Source: Diadema antillarum
Lineage: Eukaryota
DNA: 64,000 bases
Reading direction: 5' to 3'
NCBI RefSeq assembly: GCF_040938485.1
Contig: NW_027270922.1
Coordinates: 2,542,001 to 2,606,000, forward strand
Under the pieces are notes generated by a model. The model was not told the DNA's origin and did no database searches. It saw only the letters and a list, made by a program, of their open reading frames with translations. Below, piece after piece: positions 39,001-51,718 of the stretch; within the stretch, counting starts at the first letter, position 1, and each line of letters begins with the position of its first letter. The position numbers and the translations under genes were made by a program.

Positions 39001-41712
39001 ACTTTTTGAATGGATTAGGATAACGAAATTTCAACAAGTTGCAGTACGTGTATATATCATTTAAAAACTCACAGCTTACTCTTTTAAACTTTATATACAT
39101 TGAAAAGTTGATATTCATTTTGGTATACTCTTTGTGAGTTATATAGCCGAGCGATAGATTATTTCTCCGATAACCAATAAAGTCCTGAGGTAATTTTGCA
39201 GCAAATATTACTAGTATCATCTTGTCCCCATTAGATTACACTGAATAAAGATCAGCTGGATCCGACTGCATGTATTGTATCTGCTCCAAAAAAAAAAGAA
39301 GAAAGATGTAAACATTTGAAAATTCAGACAGGAACATTAACATTTTTTTTTTGTCTTCTCAAATCATTTTTACTTGAAGGATCAGATAAAGATTTCGTGA
39401 TCTTGATGCTTTTGATAATTCTGCAACCAGAATAATCAAGGAATATAGCCAAAGTAGGATTTTAATGAAAGAAAAATCTTTATTCTACATCATGAAGCAC
39501 TGACAATGAATGACAATAATTATGACAGATAGATACAGATAAACGTTAATCCACAGAAGTATGATTTCGCGGACTTGACGTGCTTATATATAACTGACCC
39601 TCCCCACCCCTGGCAATCATTTTGATTCACACCGAAAAGCTGAAATGAGATTTGTGCGTTCGTCTGCATTTATTCTAAGGAACATGAAGGGTTTTCTTAT
39701 TTTCTTTTTTGAAGCAGTTATGCAAGTTAACCAGTAATCAATGAGAACAACTCGTGTAGTACTTTGTTTTGTTTGTTTGTTTGTTTGTTTGTGTTTGATT
39801 TTTTTTTTTTTTTTGGGGGGGGGGGGCAATAGCAGCAGACACCTAGATCTAGAATAGCGCAGAAAGTAGGCCAAACCTGCATGTAACATATGTATAAAAG
39901 GGATACAATTTGTTACTCGATGTACCGATGGCCACTGACAAAAAATACCAGATAAGCAAGGTGACCACTATTATTCTTATTATCATCGAGATAGTTTTTA
40001 TCATTGCCATGATCATCATGATTTTGACTTACCCTTATAATCAATCAACAAACACTTTAATGTATTGCATATTTTATTCTACTATCATTCAGTAACTGGG
40101 ATTTTAAAGTGAAAAGAAAAAAAAATCAGTAAGCGTATATACCATCTAGCTACTGCAAACGTAAGAGAAATACAATGAATGAAAGGCTACCTGAATGAAT
40201 ACGATAAAAGAGCACCGAATGAAATTCTTTTTAGGTGACTTAAATACGACAAATCATGTCAAAATGGAGATCACGTATATGCTGACAGGAAGAGTAACAT
40301 TGGTCGTCAACATCATTTAAAATCTGACATGTTAAAAATCTCACTTTGTCTCTTTACCTCTCTGAAAACGACTATAATCATACACACAACATTATGACCT
40401 GTATGTGTATGAGGATGTGTTCACAAGTTTATACCATAAAAACGTTTTTATGTATAATACATGTATATATATATTGATTGATAGCCATTATAGAACGTGC
40501 ATAGAGGTGCATACAACGTGTGACACTGATTGATATGACGGTATTCCCCGTGCAGGGATTTGTGACTGTATAGTGCACGACCATTCATTTGCGAAATCAC
40601 TGGCTGTTAGAATGTTCCCCAATAGTGCCAAAACTTGTAGACACAACTTAGTAGTTCACATCCCGCCATTCGCTCAGTAATGTTCCTTAATATTTCCTGT
40701 CATTTCGACAAAATAAAACTGCTTAATGAATTGCACCAATCGAGTGCAAGCTCCATGAAACAGGGGTATAATATCATACGATAGATGCACGCCTAATTTT
40801 CTGACAGGCTGTCTCTATTAAAGAGAAAGCATGAATGGACATTTCACATAATTTGGCTACGTTATCTAGGAAAGTCCATCGACAACTTGTCTCGATTCTT
40901 TTATTTTAATTTTTCATTGGTGAGTAATCTTGAACACGTAATCTGCAGCACAAATCATACATCTTAAAACTTCATAAGAAACAATACCGCTGTTTCACAT
41001 TACGTGTAATTATCTATACAAGTAGCGATATGCAAGAATTTTGGTCACATTGGGCCGGAACATATTTCATAGTATCTAATCTGTGTTTTTTTACAACAAA
41101 ATCAAATACCCCCCCCCCCCCCAAATTAAAAAAAAAGAGAAAGAAAATAGACTGGCATTTTGTCTTTCCTTTTACCCAGATCCAAACGAGCTAATCTCTG
41201 GAGTTCTATGTCATCAACACAGCGACTCTAATGAACAGTAGATACGAGTTTACCTGCTTATAGGGATTAATCGGAGCAATAGTGTGTTTTCTGCATACGT
41301 TCGTGTCACCACATCCTGTCTTCACACAGGCAACAGCGAGGTAGGGACATCCGCAATTTGGCTTTATGAACGGTTTACGATTCACGTAAAGTACAAGGAC
41401 GCTCTCAAATATTTTTTTAAAAATGGTTTCATTGCCATGTGCAAACAGATCGATTCATGGAATCGGGCGTCCGGTACTCGTATTGCCTACGACTGAACGA
41501 CGTGGAGTGTGAAATATTCAGGATATCCTATTGTAAAATATTCAGTGCATGTACTTGTGATGCGGTCTTATACCGTATGGAAAGAGTAGTGATATTGCCA
41601 ACAACTATGCCAGCAATGAGACATTTGGGGCCGACTTTATGGGAATAGGGAAGTTGGCTTGTTTTCAGGAAGGAGGGGACATTTTGCTGCCACTTGTTTG
41701 CCAAAATCTGCT

Positions 41713-41868
41713 GAGTAGTTATCAAAAAAAAAGGAAGAAACAAAAGGGGGAGACTTGAATTTCTATCACCAAGACATGCTCTTTTCGCTTAACACTGTAC
41801 CAACAACCTGTCAAGAAGACACTTTCCGATACAGTTTAAAATTCAATTCCTGCATTATAGACATAACC
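41713..41868. repeat. Segment duplicated at 62987-63143, lying in the GPCR-B 3' flank
   Basis: Colinear match of roughly 85%, from gagtagttatcaaaaaa to gacataacc / gacgtaacc. Confidence 0.85.
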
Positions 41869-42047
41869 TGGGCAAAAGGGCTCATTTCTGAACATGACGC
41901 ATCGTTTCAATATGGCGAGATAGTACATGCAGTACATTGTAGTACATACTGTTTGTCTGTATGGAATCGTTCCATAAAAATATTTATCATGTCACCTGAT
42001 ATTTGCACTTCGGATAGTGTTTCACAAATACCTTCTCATTCTAAAAC

Positions 42048-43220
42048 TCAAACCCGCGAAATGACTCCCGTCTTAGGTTTCCTTTGATGTTGCATCGCGA
42101 GCAATTTCTTTAAGGTCGGCGAAGGTTTTGGAATGTCTGAATACCGACAGCATATCATGCAACGGATTACGACTTTGAACAAGGGATGCTTAAAGGAATA
42201 GATAATAGGATTGATGCATATATTTGACATTAGGAATATGCTCGTGAAAATGGAGAAGGATTGTCCTGTAGGTAGCAAGAGGCTGATACAGATTGGGGCA
42301 ATACAAACGAAAAAGGAGCAGATGACAATGAACATATTTCTTGTGATTTCCACCTCGCGATTCGTGGCGGCCGTTTTCATGTCGGAAATTTTTCGTCCTT
42401 TGCTAATTCTGTAACACCTGAGGTTTGATTCTCTGACGTCACAATGAATCGACGCCACTTCACCAGTTGTGGTACTTGTGGAGTTATCTTTGACAGTAGT
42501 CTGTTGACTCTTTCCACCCTCACCCAAGGAGGTCATGTTCGAGTGATGTCTGCGAACAAAGACGTAAATGTGCGCGTAGCACGCCATGATGACAATGAAA
42601 GACGCCCCAAAAGTCCAGGCGACGATGTAGTCGTTGACTTCGCTCTTTGGATGTTCGTCGTCCCACTTGCAGATTCTATACGGTCTTGAGTAACCGAGCT
42701 GGCCGATTCCAATGGCGGGGAGTATGGCAAACATGGCGAGGGGATAGAGGTAAGCAAAGGACACCATGAGCGCGAGATTGCGAGCCTTGTAGAAACGCTG
42801 ACAAGTTTGTCTAGGTCGTGTGATGACGCAGAAACGGTTGACGGCGATGAGGACGAGGAGGAGAACGCTTGCGCCGAAGCAAACACTCGTGATGCCGCCG
42901 ATAGCTGCACAGAGCCAATCGACCAAGGGCCAGCCGTCGGTCGATGTCAACGCCACCGTCTGGAATGGCAGCGTCAAACAAACCAGGAGGTCGGTGATGC
43001 TGAGGGCGATCACGAACACGTTCGTGACGGTGCGGAGCTTGCGTGAGGCGATGACCGCAAAGATGACAATTGAATTCCCGACGATGCCTAGCATGGCAAT
43101 GACGTTTATAAGGACGCTCATGATAATGGCCCCTGCGTCCGAAACAAACTGGTCACCAGTACTATTACTGGATATGATCAATTCTGTGGTTGATAACGGG
43201 GTATTGCCTGGAGCCGACAT
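42048..43220 (-). CDS. Class A orphan GPCR, paralog B, single-exon CDS, 390 aa
   Basis: Same 7TM motif set (GN, LSITD, NRF, CIAP, NPIIY, KHPLFK). TM2-TM3 is almost identical to paralog A (68 of 73 codons encode the same residue). The N-terminus and ICL3 are divergent. Confidence 0.93.
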   Translation of the reverse strand: MSAPGNTPLSTTELIISSNSTGDQFVSDAGAIIMSVLINVIAMLGIVGNSIVIFAVIASRKLRTVTNVFVIALSITDLLVCLTLPFQTVALTSTDGWPLVDWLCAAIGGITSVCFGASVLLLVLIAVNRFCVITRPRQTCQRFYKARNLALMVSFAYLYPLAMFAILPAIGIGQLGYSRPYRICKWDDEHPKSEVNDYIVAWTFGASFIVIMACYAHIYVFVRRHHSNMTSLGEGGKSQQTTVKDNSTSTTTGEVASIHCDVRESNLRCYRISKGRKISDMKTAATNREVEITRNMFIVICSFFVCIAPICISLLLPTGQSFSIFTSIFLMSNICINPIIYSFKHPLFKVVIRCMICCRYSDIPKPSPTLKKLLAMQHQRKPKTGVISRV

Positions 43221-43226
43221 TGTGTA

Positions 43227-43250
43227 CTGCAGAAGCTGTCCTATTCCTTA
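43227..43250 (-). promoter_or_regulatory. Candidate 3' splice acceptor just upstream of the GPCR-B ATG
   Basis: Minus strand reads gacagcttctgcAG|tacacaATG. Confidence 0.45.
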
Positions 43251-45565
43251 ATCATTTGAAAACGAGCGAACTTCAAACCTGTCGAAAATTCTCATCCAGT
43301 GCTGAATTGTTTAAAGGCGAGAGTCCTTGTGAACGCGACATGATACAAGGATACAATGCCAATCCACGTAAGACAGATCTGCACATAGACGGCAAATGTC
43401 CGAACTATGTAGACTTGGATATTTACCAAAGTCTGCTAGGTGACGTGCTCGAGTGTAGTCAGTATCTCTGGAAATCTTCAAAACAATGACGCATCTTCCG
43501 GTCGAAATATAACAAATGTTAAATCCATGAAGGTAAGGATACTTGTGATCTCTCTAAACCAATAAGACCGAATTCTAATCCACATGACACAAAGAGGCAG
43601 AAAAGAAGGCACAAGCTCGGATTGAGTGACCGTCAGTGAAAATCCCCACCATTGACTACGGATATTCCAACTAGAAATGACGTCAGGTGAGCTTTTTTCA
43701 ATGGTGAGCTGCCCTCAGTTCCGTAAAGACTTCGCCCGTAACAGTATTGCTTACATCGAGTTTAGGAAGTGAAAGTCTATCTCATTGTTCGCTGTAATAT
43801 TTCAACCTGTCATGTGTGCGGAGTTTACATTATTGCAAATGCAGTAGTTTCAGTTTGTGTCGCCATCATTCCGCTGAGCGCTGCCAATTAGAATAAAATG
43901 GGAAGATCACTTATCACAGTAATTTCTACTGGTATGCAAGGAGTGACGTTACTTATACGCATGACTACGTCACCATTTTATGCTCGGCAATAGGTAAATC
44001 TCTGCAACAATACTCAGTACCTCTTATCCCATCCTGGTTAAGAGTTGTTGATCAATTACGTTTCGTGACCCGACGACAACACTCTAGCTAAACACAAAGC
44101 TAAAGAGGAGACTATACAATGTCAACGGAGTGTGACATCTCTGTCTGCGGAGTGGACAATGAAGAAAGAGGTAAATTGACATATCGGCGTTCCCTGGATC
44201 GATCAGGTGTTTACCCAATATTTTCAAATGACGGTAGAAAGTGTTACCGTTTTCGTGTAAAGTCGTCCAGGGTGCGCGTCTCCTTTTTCACACAAAAGTC
44301 ACGAGTACGGGGAATTTGTTGGGAAATTTTACGCAGTGACGGCTGGGTGTAGCGTCTAACTTGTTCTTCTCAAGGTCGTCTCTCTAATGAATTAAATGAT
44401 ACCCAGGGACCATATCCTGATGGTTTACTCCAGTAATTAGCATTCTTTCTATTTTCAGAGCTTATTAAATTTTTAGGAGGTTCATTAACAACCATGGCAA
44501 CAAGCGTTTTAGTGGAAAAGTCTGACGCGTATTAATGCAAGTTTATTTCTGAATGGACTTATAAAGTCAAAACACAATTCTCAGAAGAGTCTCGAAATTC
44601 ATCCTCCACCATTTGGAACTTTGTTTATGATAAATCGAAAGGATTTACCAAGAAACTTTTCTCGCAGACGCAATTTGCCAGGATAAAGAATAGTTTTTGA
44701 GATCTTTGAGATCAAAAGTGTAAAATAATTTCTATCGTATACATACAACTTTTATTCTGGAAGAGCCCTCCAAAATCATTTGAGGATATATGTAAAACAA
44801 AATTTTTATAAGTGATCGATCGTACCCAAGAAGCACTCTCATTTCCATTACATATTGCATGCGTGCTTGCTATTCATTCTAGCACGGAAGATCGGTGGAT
44901 ATTGCCGTGGCCCCAGTTGTCGATTACCGATAATGAAGTAATCTGAAAAACAAGCAAACAAACTCATAAAAAAAAAGAAGAAGAACAAAGATAGATCTAC
45001 GTAGCAAAGAAGGACCAAGTACGCTCGGAGACTGTATTGTACTTCAGGCGAACGTGATTTCGCATTTTCGTCGTTACCTAAATTAAATCTAATGTCATGC
45101 CATTTTTGACACATTTCTTTGGCATAAGTGTACATGTCATGGCAATAAAAAAAAAATGACAGTCCTGCAGCCATAAGGGAACAATGTTTTGCCTTTTACA
45201 CCAGAGTTAACGACAAATCGGTATTCTGAGCGTGTAATTGGCCGTGAAATGATGGAAAACTTAATGATACCAACGTGTAGCATTCAGCACCCCTGTATGG
45301 CTGCTTGGCTGCATTTTTCTTTTCTCGGCCATAACGATGTTTACCGTCTGATCGTTACAGAAATTAAGGAGCAGTTAAATCTCCTTTTTATAGAATTCAG
45401 AAATAAATTACGGGCTGAACTCCAAGTGATTTAATTAATTCACGTGAGATGCTTTGAAGAGGATGAGGACTTGGCATGCATAGGTTAAGGGTTATATAGT
45501 CAAAGACCCTGGTGCGCACATGGATTCTTTGGTTGTTGAATATACAGGGGGGGGGGGGAGAGATC

Positions 45566-45708
45566 GGGGGCATTTCTTGAAGCGTTTTGTCAGATTTTCT
45601 TTTTTTTCTGACAAATCGTTACAAGCTACTGAGATCTTTACATCTGATTGTCTGAGAGCAAATTTGTCTGACAACTTTGTCGGACAAAATGCTTCATGAA
45701 ATACCCCC
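45566..45708. mobile_element. Small MITE with ~26-bp TIRs
   Basis: gggggcatttcttgaagcgttttgtc...gacaaaatgcttcatgaaataccccc. Confidence 0.75.
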
Positions 45709-47176
45709 ATGGAGCGCTCGCTGAGGGCATATTACGCGCGTAATCATAATCTAGGCGTATATTACGGATGGATGGAATTATAATTAGATGGAAGAAAATT
45801 TACTTTTTGTCTTCAAAACAACAACAACAACATAATTTTAGGCGAATTAAAGGGAAAACCACGGTTCTCACATGCCCGCGTATATAAGAAGGACAGAAAC
45901 TGTCAAGGTGATTATACTGTTCCCTGAAATCATCAGATACCGTCATATCAGTTATTCCTATGATCAAAAAAGTAAAAAAAAAGGGGGGGAGGAAGAAAGA
46001 GGGGCCCTTTACTGACCTGCACATTATTGACAACTTCTTGCTCTGCTTAAAAAAAATAAAGATGCAAACAAACAAACAAACAAGCAAACATGCAAACAAC
46101 CAAACAAACAACGATATCCAAATAACATAGAATTGGCATCATAAACCTATATCATTATTTGTCATAGTAAAGCAATCCCCTCCCCCTCCCCCTTTCACTT
46201 GTTTGATCACAACCGATAACTACACTTGTAAGAATACTGAGCCATACGGACCGGTAACCTTCGCCGCATCCTGTTTCTGATCCGATAGTGGCATCAATCT
46301 TTATCAAAATACCATGTCACCAGCTAAAATTGTTTTACCCTTTGGTTTTGTATTTTCTATTTATTTGCTTGCGTTATATCTTATTCCTTTTCGTCTGCTT
46401 CCAATATTAAGGTAAACAAGTAGAAGAGGACATGAGACACTATTTATAGTTAAAAATGATTGATTTGACGTGCTTGTAAACGGAGAGCGAGTGAGACTGT
46501 TACATCGTACACCGCATAGGCGGTCCGATTTCTGATGTGAAAGCAGCCAAACATCAAATTCTGCTCAAAACTTACCTTCCAGTGGTGAATACTTTGAAGG
46601 TAAAAACTCTTATACGATAATATTATACGATCCTGGTACACGATCCTGGTACACGATATACGATACGAAGACACATTCGAATCAACACAACACAGACAGG
46701 CACATTATGGACGGGAAATGTCCGAATCATATGTCAGATTATTTAGGGAAATTACATTTCGTTTATATTTTTTTTCTCTTTGACATGATTTCACTTATCC
46801 TTGATAAACGATCATCAAACTTTCTCTGATGATCATAGAACAAAGGCCCGGGTGAAAGTTTTATTAGGTATAGTCTGTGTCTTGATCTACATACTCTGAA
46901 GTATATGGATCCGCGTGGGGGTTACTCACGGCATATCCGGTTGCCTTATAAGAAAGGGCTAAACATGATTTCCTGTCTAATGAAAACAATAATGATAAGT
47001 CACATTTATATAGCGCCTAGTACACAAAAATGAATTAATGTTTGTATGCAAATTGATGAGAGGAAAATATTGAAAAAAGGAATATAACATTAGAGAGAGA
47101 CATAGAGACAAGACGAGATGAGAAGTGATGAAAAGTCTAATCCATTGTCACGTTAAAGAAATGCCTTTTTCCAAAG

Positions 47177-47530
47177 ATGGCTTGTAACTGATCAGTGGGA
47201 ATCAGCGGGAATGCTGGGGAATGATTGTTCCAGTCCTTGTGGGATTATAAGAGTACATTATATATCTATTGTTCAGTGAAAATTATTTGCTTCAGAATGG
47301 TCTCATTTTCAAGTATTGTGCAGTTTAATGTTTCCAGGTTAGCATGCCTGTACAGTGACGGGGCAATCGTTAACGGTAAACTGCACACTAGTTGAATATG
47401 AGACCATTCTGAAGCAAATAATTTTCACACAACAATAGATATATAATGTACTCTTAAATGAACCCCACAAGGATTGGAACAATCATCCCCCAACGTTCCC
47501 ACTGATTCCCATTGATCAGTTACTAGCCAT
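47177..47530. repeat. Long palindrome (~150-bp arms, ~50-nt spacer)
   Basis: The arm 47177-47327 is the reverse complement of 47377-47530 at roughly 90% identity. Confidence 0.9.
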
Positions 47531-50500
47531 TCCCTTTCAAATCAGCTACTGTTTGAGATGCCTAGGTAATTGGTCCAGCTGGAAGGTCTTGCTCCACATT
47601 TTTTTTTTTTTTGGGGGGGGGGGGGTTGGGGGTCATATTGTGAGGGTGACTAAACGAAGTTTTTTAAAAGTGACGGTTTCTTGCCGAATGATATTTTGTT
47701 ATTAGATGTTGTAGATAAGAAAAGGGTCTAGTTCTTGTGAGCACATGAACTCCAGTGTTGAAATCTTTAAGTCAATTTGCTTCTTGAAAGGCAACCAATG
47801 CAATTATCTGTAGACTGCTTACATGTTCGTTCAGTCGCATAGTTGTGTGTTCGTTGCAATTCTTCGTTTTCATTGTTAGGTACAGAGACCATTAGTTATA
47901 CGAAAACCAAGCCGACACATTAAATGAGAACATGTCCCAAGTTTGGAAACTGTCGCTCAAGATCACATTTTTCGTCTTGTTGGTTGGGACCGAAACGGTA
48001 GGTAATATTACATAGTTGCAAGACTCTTTTGTGAGAAATAAAATGGGAACAACGTATCCCATTGAAGCCTATCGCCGACCTTAAATGCATCCCTAAAGCA
48101 ACGAGGTTCATTTTTTTTTTTTGCCATCAGTTACCCCAGTTTAGAGATCAGGAAGTGATATTCATTTGACTACAATGATTTCGAAACTAAAAGTAGAAGA
48201 CTGACCTGGTCTGAAACAGATTCCATTATTGTCCATGACTGCTACAATAGAATAAAGCTACTTTTCCTTCTAAACGCTAAAAGTAAAACGGGGATATCAG
48301 CTGAGAGGTGAACACACTACACCCACACATTGATACCTATACAAAAAACCCAATGTTATCTTTATCTCTCAGACGGATATGTATTGGGAAAGTTGAATCA
48401 TTTTTTTTTTTTTTAAAGGAAGGAAGAAAGGAAGCTGCTCCCAGGTTTCCTTGTTATGTTTACCATTCCCAAGGAATCTAAAGAGATGATGTATTCAACG
48501 AAAACGCGCTATCTCTTTTAAACGCTTTGCACAACATGATCTTAAAGTTCCACTATAGCTAGAAGCCAAAAATGAAAAATGAAATAAAAATCACACTTTT
48601 GGAATCCAATGCGTCCGATCAAATTGTCATTATTCTCGAAAATATGTTTACAAATATCAATTCTGAATATGACAACCCACCTTTGGTAAATTTTGTCACA
48701 TCCAAAGACACACAAAAGCACGCACACATACTACCTCACTTATATTACCTTTCTGTCTGTCTATTCATCTATTCATTTATTCATTTATTCATTTACCTAT
48801 CTATCTATCTATACTCTATCTATATCTCTCCATCATGATGCTTTCCTGTTTTAGTAATGAGCACCATCCTCAGTAAATTATTTGTATGTTTTGGAATTGG
48901 CTTATTTCTATTTCCCCCTATGAAAATAACTCTTGAGAAAACTTTCTTCCAACTGGATTTTTGACAGAAGTCAAGTTACGAGGGGATTTGAGATCAAGAT
49001 TATTTACTGGTGGGATGGCTTTCACAACCTAAATAGCATGTCTCTAAAATGCATGATGTACTGTTCATCCTCCAATTACATATGATGCTATATGGAAGTC
49101 GTTTCAGTGTAGAAAATGTCCAAAAAGAATGGCGGCGATTTCCAGTGTCCAACAGAAACAACCACGCTACTTCTTAGACGTTACGAATGCTATACTTGTT
49201 ACTAATTTGTTGTATTCCTCATTGTATATATGCATTTATTATACAAGAAGATATAGACATCATGCTGCGTTACAGGTCTCACACGTGTAATAAGTAAAGT
49301 TGGCCAGCCCGAGCCATGTCACTTTTGCGACGATTCTAAAACAAAAGATGGCGCTATGCAGTTCGCATTTCTGGGTAAGATTTACCATGGCATGCGAACT
49401 GCATAGTCAAGAGCAAAGATTGATGAAGAGGGAGTAACGAAAACCTTTCAAAATCGATACTAACAAAAACAAAAACAAGCAAACAAAGCAGAACAAAACA
49501 AAAGCAAGACAAAAACACCTGACGGAATTTACTCTTAAAGCCAGTCATTTTACGTATTCTAAAGTGACATTCACCGACGGAAATCTTTACGAAATAACCA
49601 GCATTAAACCGTATTCTCGCTGATTGATCTTGCCTTGAATAGACTATGACTAGCCTGACTCCTGTAAAAGGCACAAATTTGGACAAAGAAGATACCTGCT
49701 TGAAACAGAAAGAATGCATGAGATACAGTGTGAGAAAAATATTGAACGGGTAAAACTTCACGGGTCAAGTTGTCGTCAGAATGTCATCTTACATGACGTC
49801 CAGTAAGGATCACACACGGCCTAGAATATGTTTGATGTCTAAATCAATTTGCGTTAACTTACATACTTTAGTAAGATGGTAGATTCTCTAAACTAAAAGT
49901 TTGTGTCAGATTGTTTTAGACAATATACTGGGACAATTGTATTGTTCTTATTGTTTTACATTTTCTGATACAGATGGAGTTATACTCAGTCAAATGAAGT
50001 ACGTTTCGTCTTTTCTTCTCTTATCTTTTTTAAACAGAATAAATCACAAAGCAACAACATTTACGTGCATGCAAAGATATAAAACATTATGATTTGCAAC
50101 TTTCCTTTCACTTGTCTGATATGTAGTGATACAGAACTCCATTTTGTGGTTTAACAAAAACAAACAAATACTCTCTACTGTACAAAGATGTAAATTCAGG
50201 GCGTGGAGGCCGTTTGTTGATATCACTCTTAACTCTCTTATCCATTTTGAGTTTGTGTCTGTGTGAGAAGGTGACTGAGTGTGCGTGTGTATGCTTTTTC
50301 CCACTGTTTTGTTTCGTTTTGGTGTCTTTTTAGGTTCCGTTGTTGTTTGTTTGTCCGTTTGTTTGTGTATTGTCGTTATTGGGCTTTGTATCTGTTTCCT
50401 GTTTTTGTGTGCTTGTTGTTGTTGCCCTTTTGAGCAGCAACGTTTTGTGACTGTGTGAGAACCCCGTCACCTGCGTCGGTGATGTCGAAGCATAAACAAT

Positions 50501-50626
50501 AGATGGCGCTGCACCTCTTAGTCGTATTAATCATGCAAACCACACGACGGAGTTCCAGAGTCCTCCCCAGCATAATTGTGTAATAAAGCAAAAAGATTGT
50601 GAACCTAGCTGGACTCTAGTATGTGA

Positions 50627-51718
50627 GTGATGTTAAAGTTCAGATTGTTTGAAACTGGAGAATCAAACCTTAGAGCTTATGGTATACGTGGGAAGGCCTT
50701 GGAGTGGTTCAGGAGTTATCTAACTGATCGCAAACAATATGTATTTTTGAACAATCATAATTCTGATATGAGAGAACTGAAGTGTGGCGTGCCACAAGGT
50801 AGTTTATTGGGCCCACTATTGTTTATTGTTTACATTAATGATTTTTGTGCTTCGTCAGATGTGTTATCGTTCATACTTTTTGCCGACGATTCAAATGTTT
50901 TTTACTCACATGAAGACCCAAATATTCTTGTGCAGACAGTTAATTCCGAACTACAACATTTATGTGAGTGGATACGAGCAAATAAGTTGTCTTTGAATAT
51001 CCAAAAAACAAAATATATGCTTTTTAGTAACACTTTAGATAATTTAGATATGGACATTTGTTTTGGTGACGCTGTCTTAGAAAGTGTTCCCCATATAAAG
51101 TTTCTCGGTGTTACAGTTGATAACAAACTTTCTTGGAAATTTCATATCGATAATGTTTGCAAGAAAATTTCACGTAACATAGGTGTTATTAATAGATTAA
51201 AACTGTCTATTCCTCAGCATTCGCTGTTAACATTGTATTCATCTTTGATATTGCCTTATTTAAATTATGGAATTTTGGTATGGGGAAACACGCATCAATT
51301 ATCATTGGATAGGATTCTACTGTTACAAAAGAAGGCTCTTCGCATTATTTGCAATACTGTCCCATATTCTCATACAGATCCTTTGTTTTTTGATAACAAG
51401 ATTCTGAAAATTAAGGATTTGTTTTTATTACAATTAGGACAGTTTATGTATACTTATAATAATAATTGCCTCCCGTTTGTATCTAACTCCATGTTTATGC
51501 GCAACCGGACATACCGTAGATACCCAACTAGACAATCAAATGAATTTCATTTACCTCTGTTAAGAACCTTGTTAGCTCAACAGACTTTTATTTATGTAGG
51601 TCCAAGATTCTGGAACTCCCTTCCTATGGATATAAAAAGTGCCCCTTCATTGAATTCTTTTAAAACGAGATTGAAAATGCTTCTTTTGAAGTCTTATAAT
51701 GTAACTGAATGTTTTTAA
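50627..51718 (+). CDS. Reverse transcriptase fragment (LINE ORF2 C-terminal part), frame uninterrupted
   Basis: GVPQGSLLGPLLFIVYIND, FADD catalytic motif, KFLGV, YLNYGILVWG, GPRFWNSLP..SLNSFKTRLK. It lacks the endonuclease and N-terminal RT regions, so it is not autonomous. Confidence 0.88.
   Translation: MMLKFRLFETGESNLRAYGIRGKALEWFRSYLTDRKQYVFLNNHNSDMRELKCGVPQGSLLGPLLFIVYINDFCASSDVLSFILFADDSNVFYSHEDPNILVQTVNSELQHLCEWIRANKLSLNIQKTKYMLFSNTLDNLDMDICFGDAVLESVPHIKFLGVTVDNKLSWKFHIDNVCKKISRNIGVINRLKLSIPQHSLLTLYSSLILPYLNYGILVWGNTHQLSLDRILLLQKKALRIICNTVPYSHTDPLFFDNKILKIKDLFLLQLGQFMYTYNNNCLPFVSNSMFMRNRTYRRYPTRQSNEFHLPLLRTLLAQQTFIYVGPRFWNSLPMDIKSAPSLNSFKTRLKMLLLKSYNVTECF

Noticed and set aside
43678-43685. 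TGACGTCA (CRE) upstream of GPCR-B
   Set aside because: The same 8-mer also occurs at ~19722 and inside the GPCR-B CDS; not distinguishable from chance.
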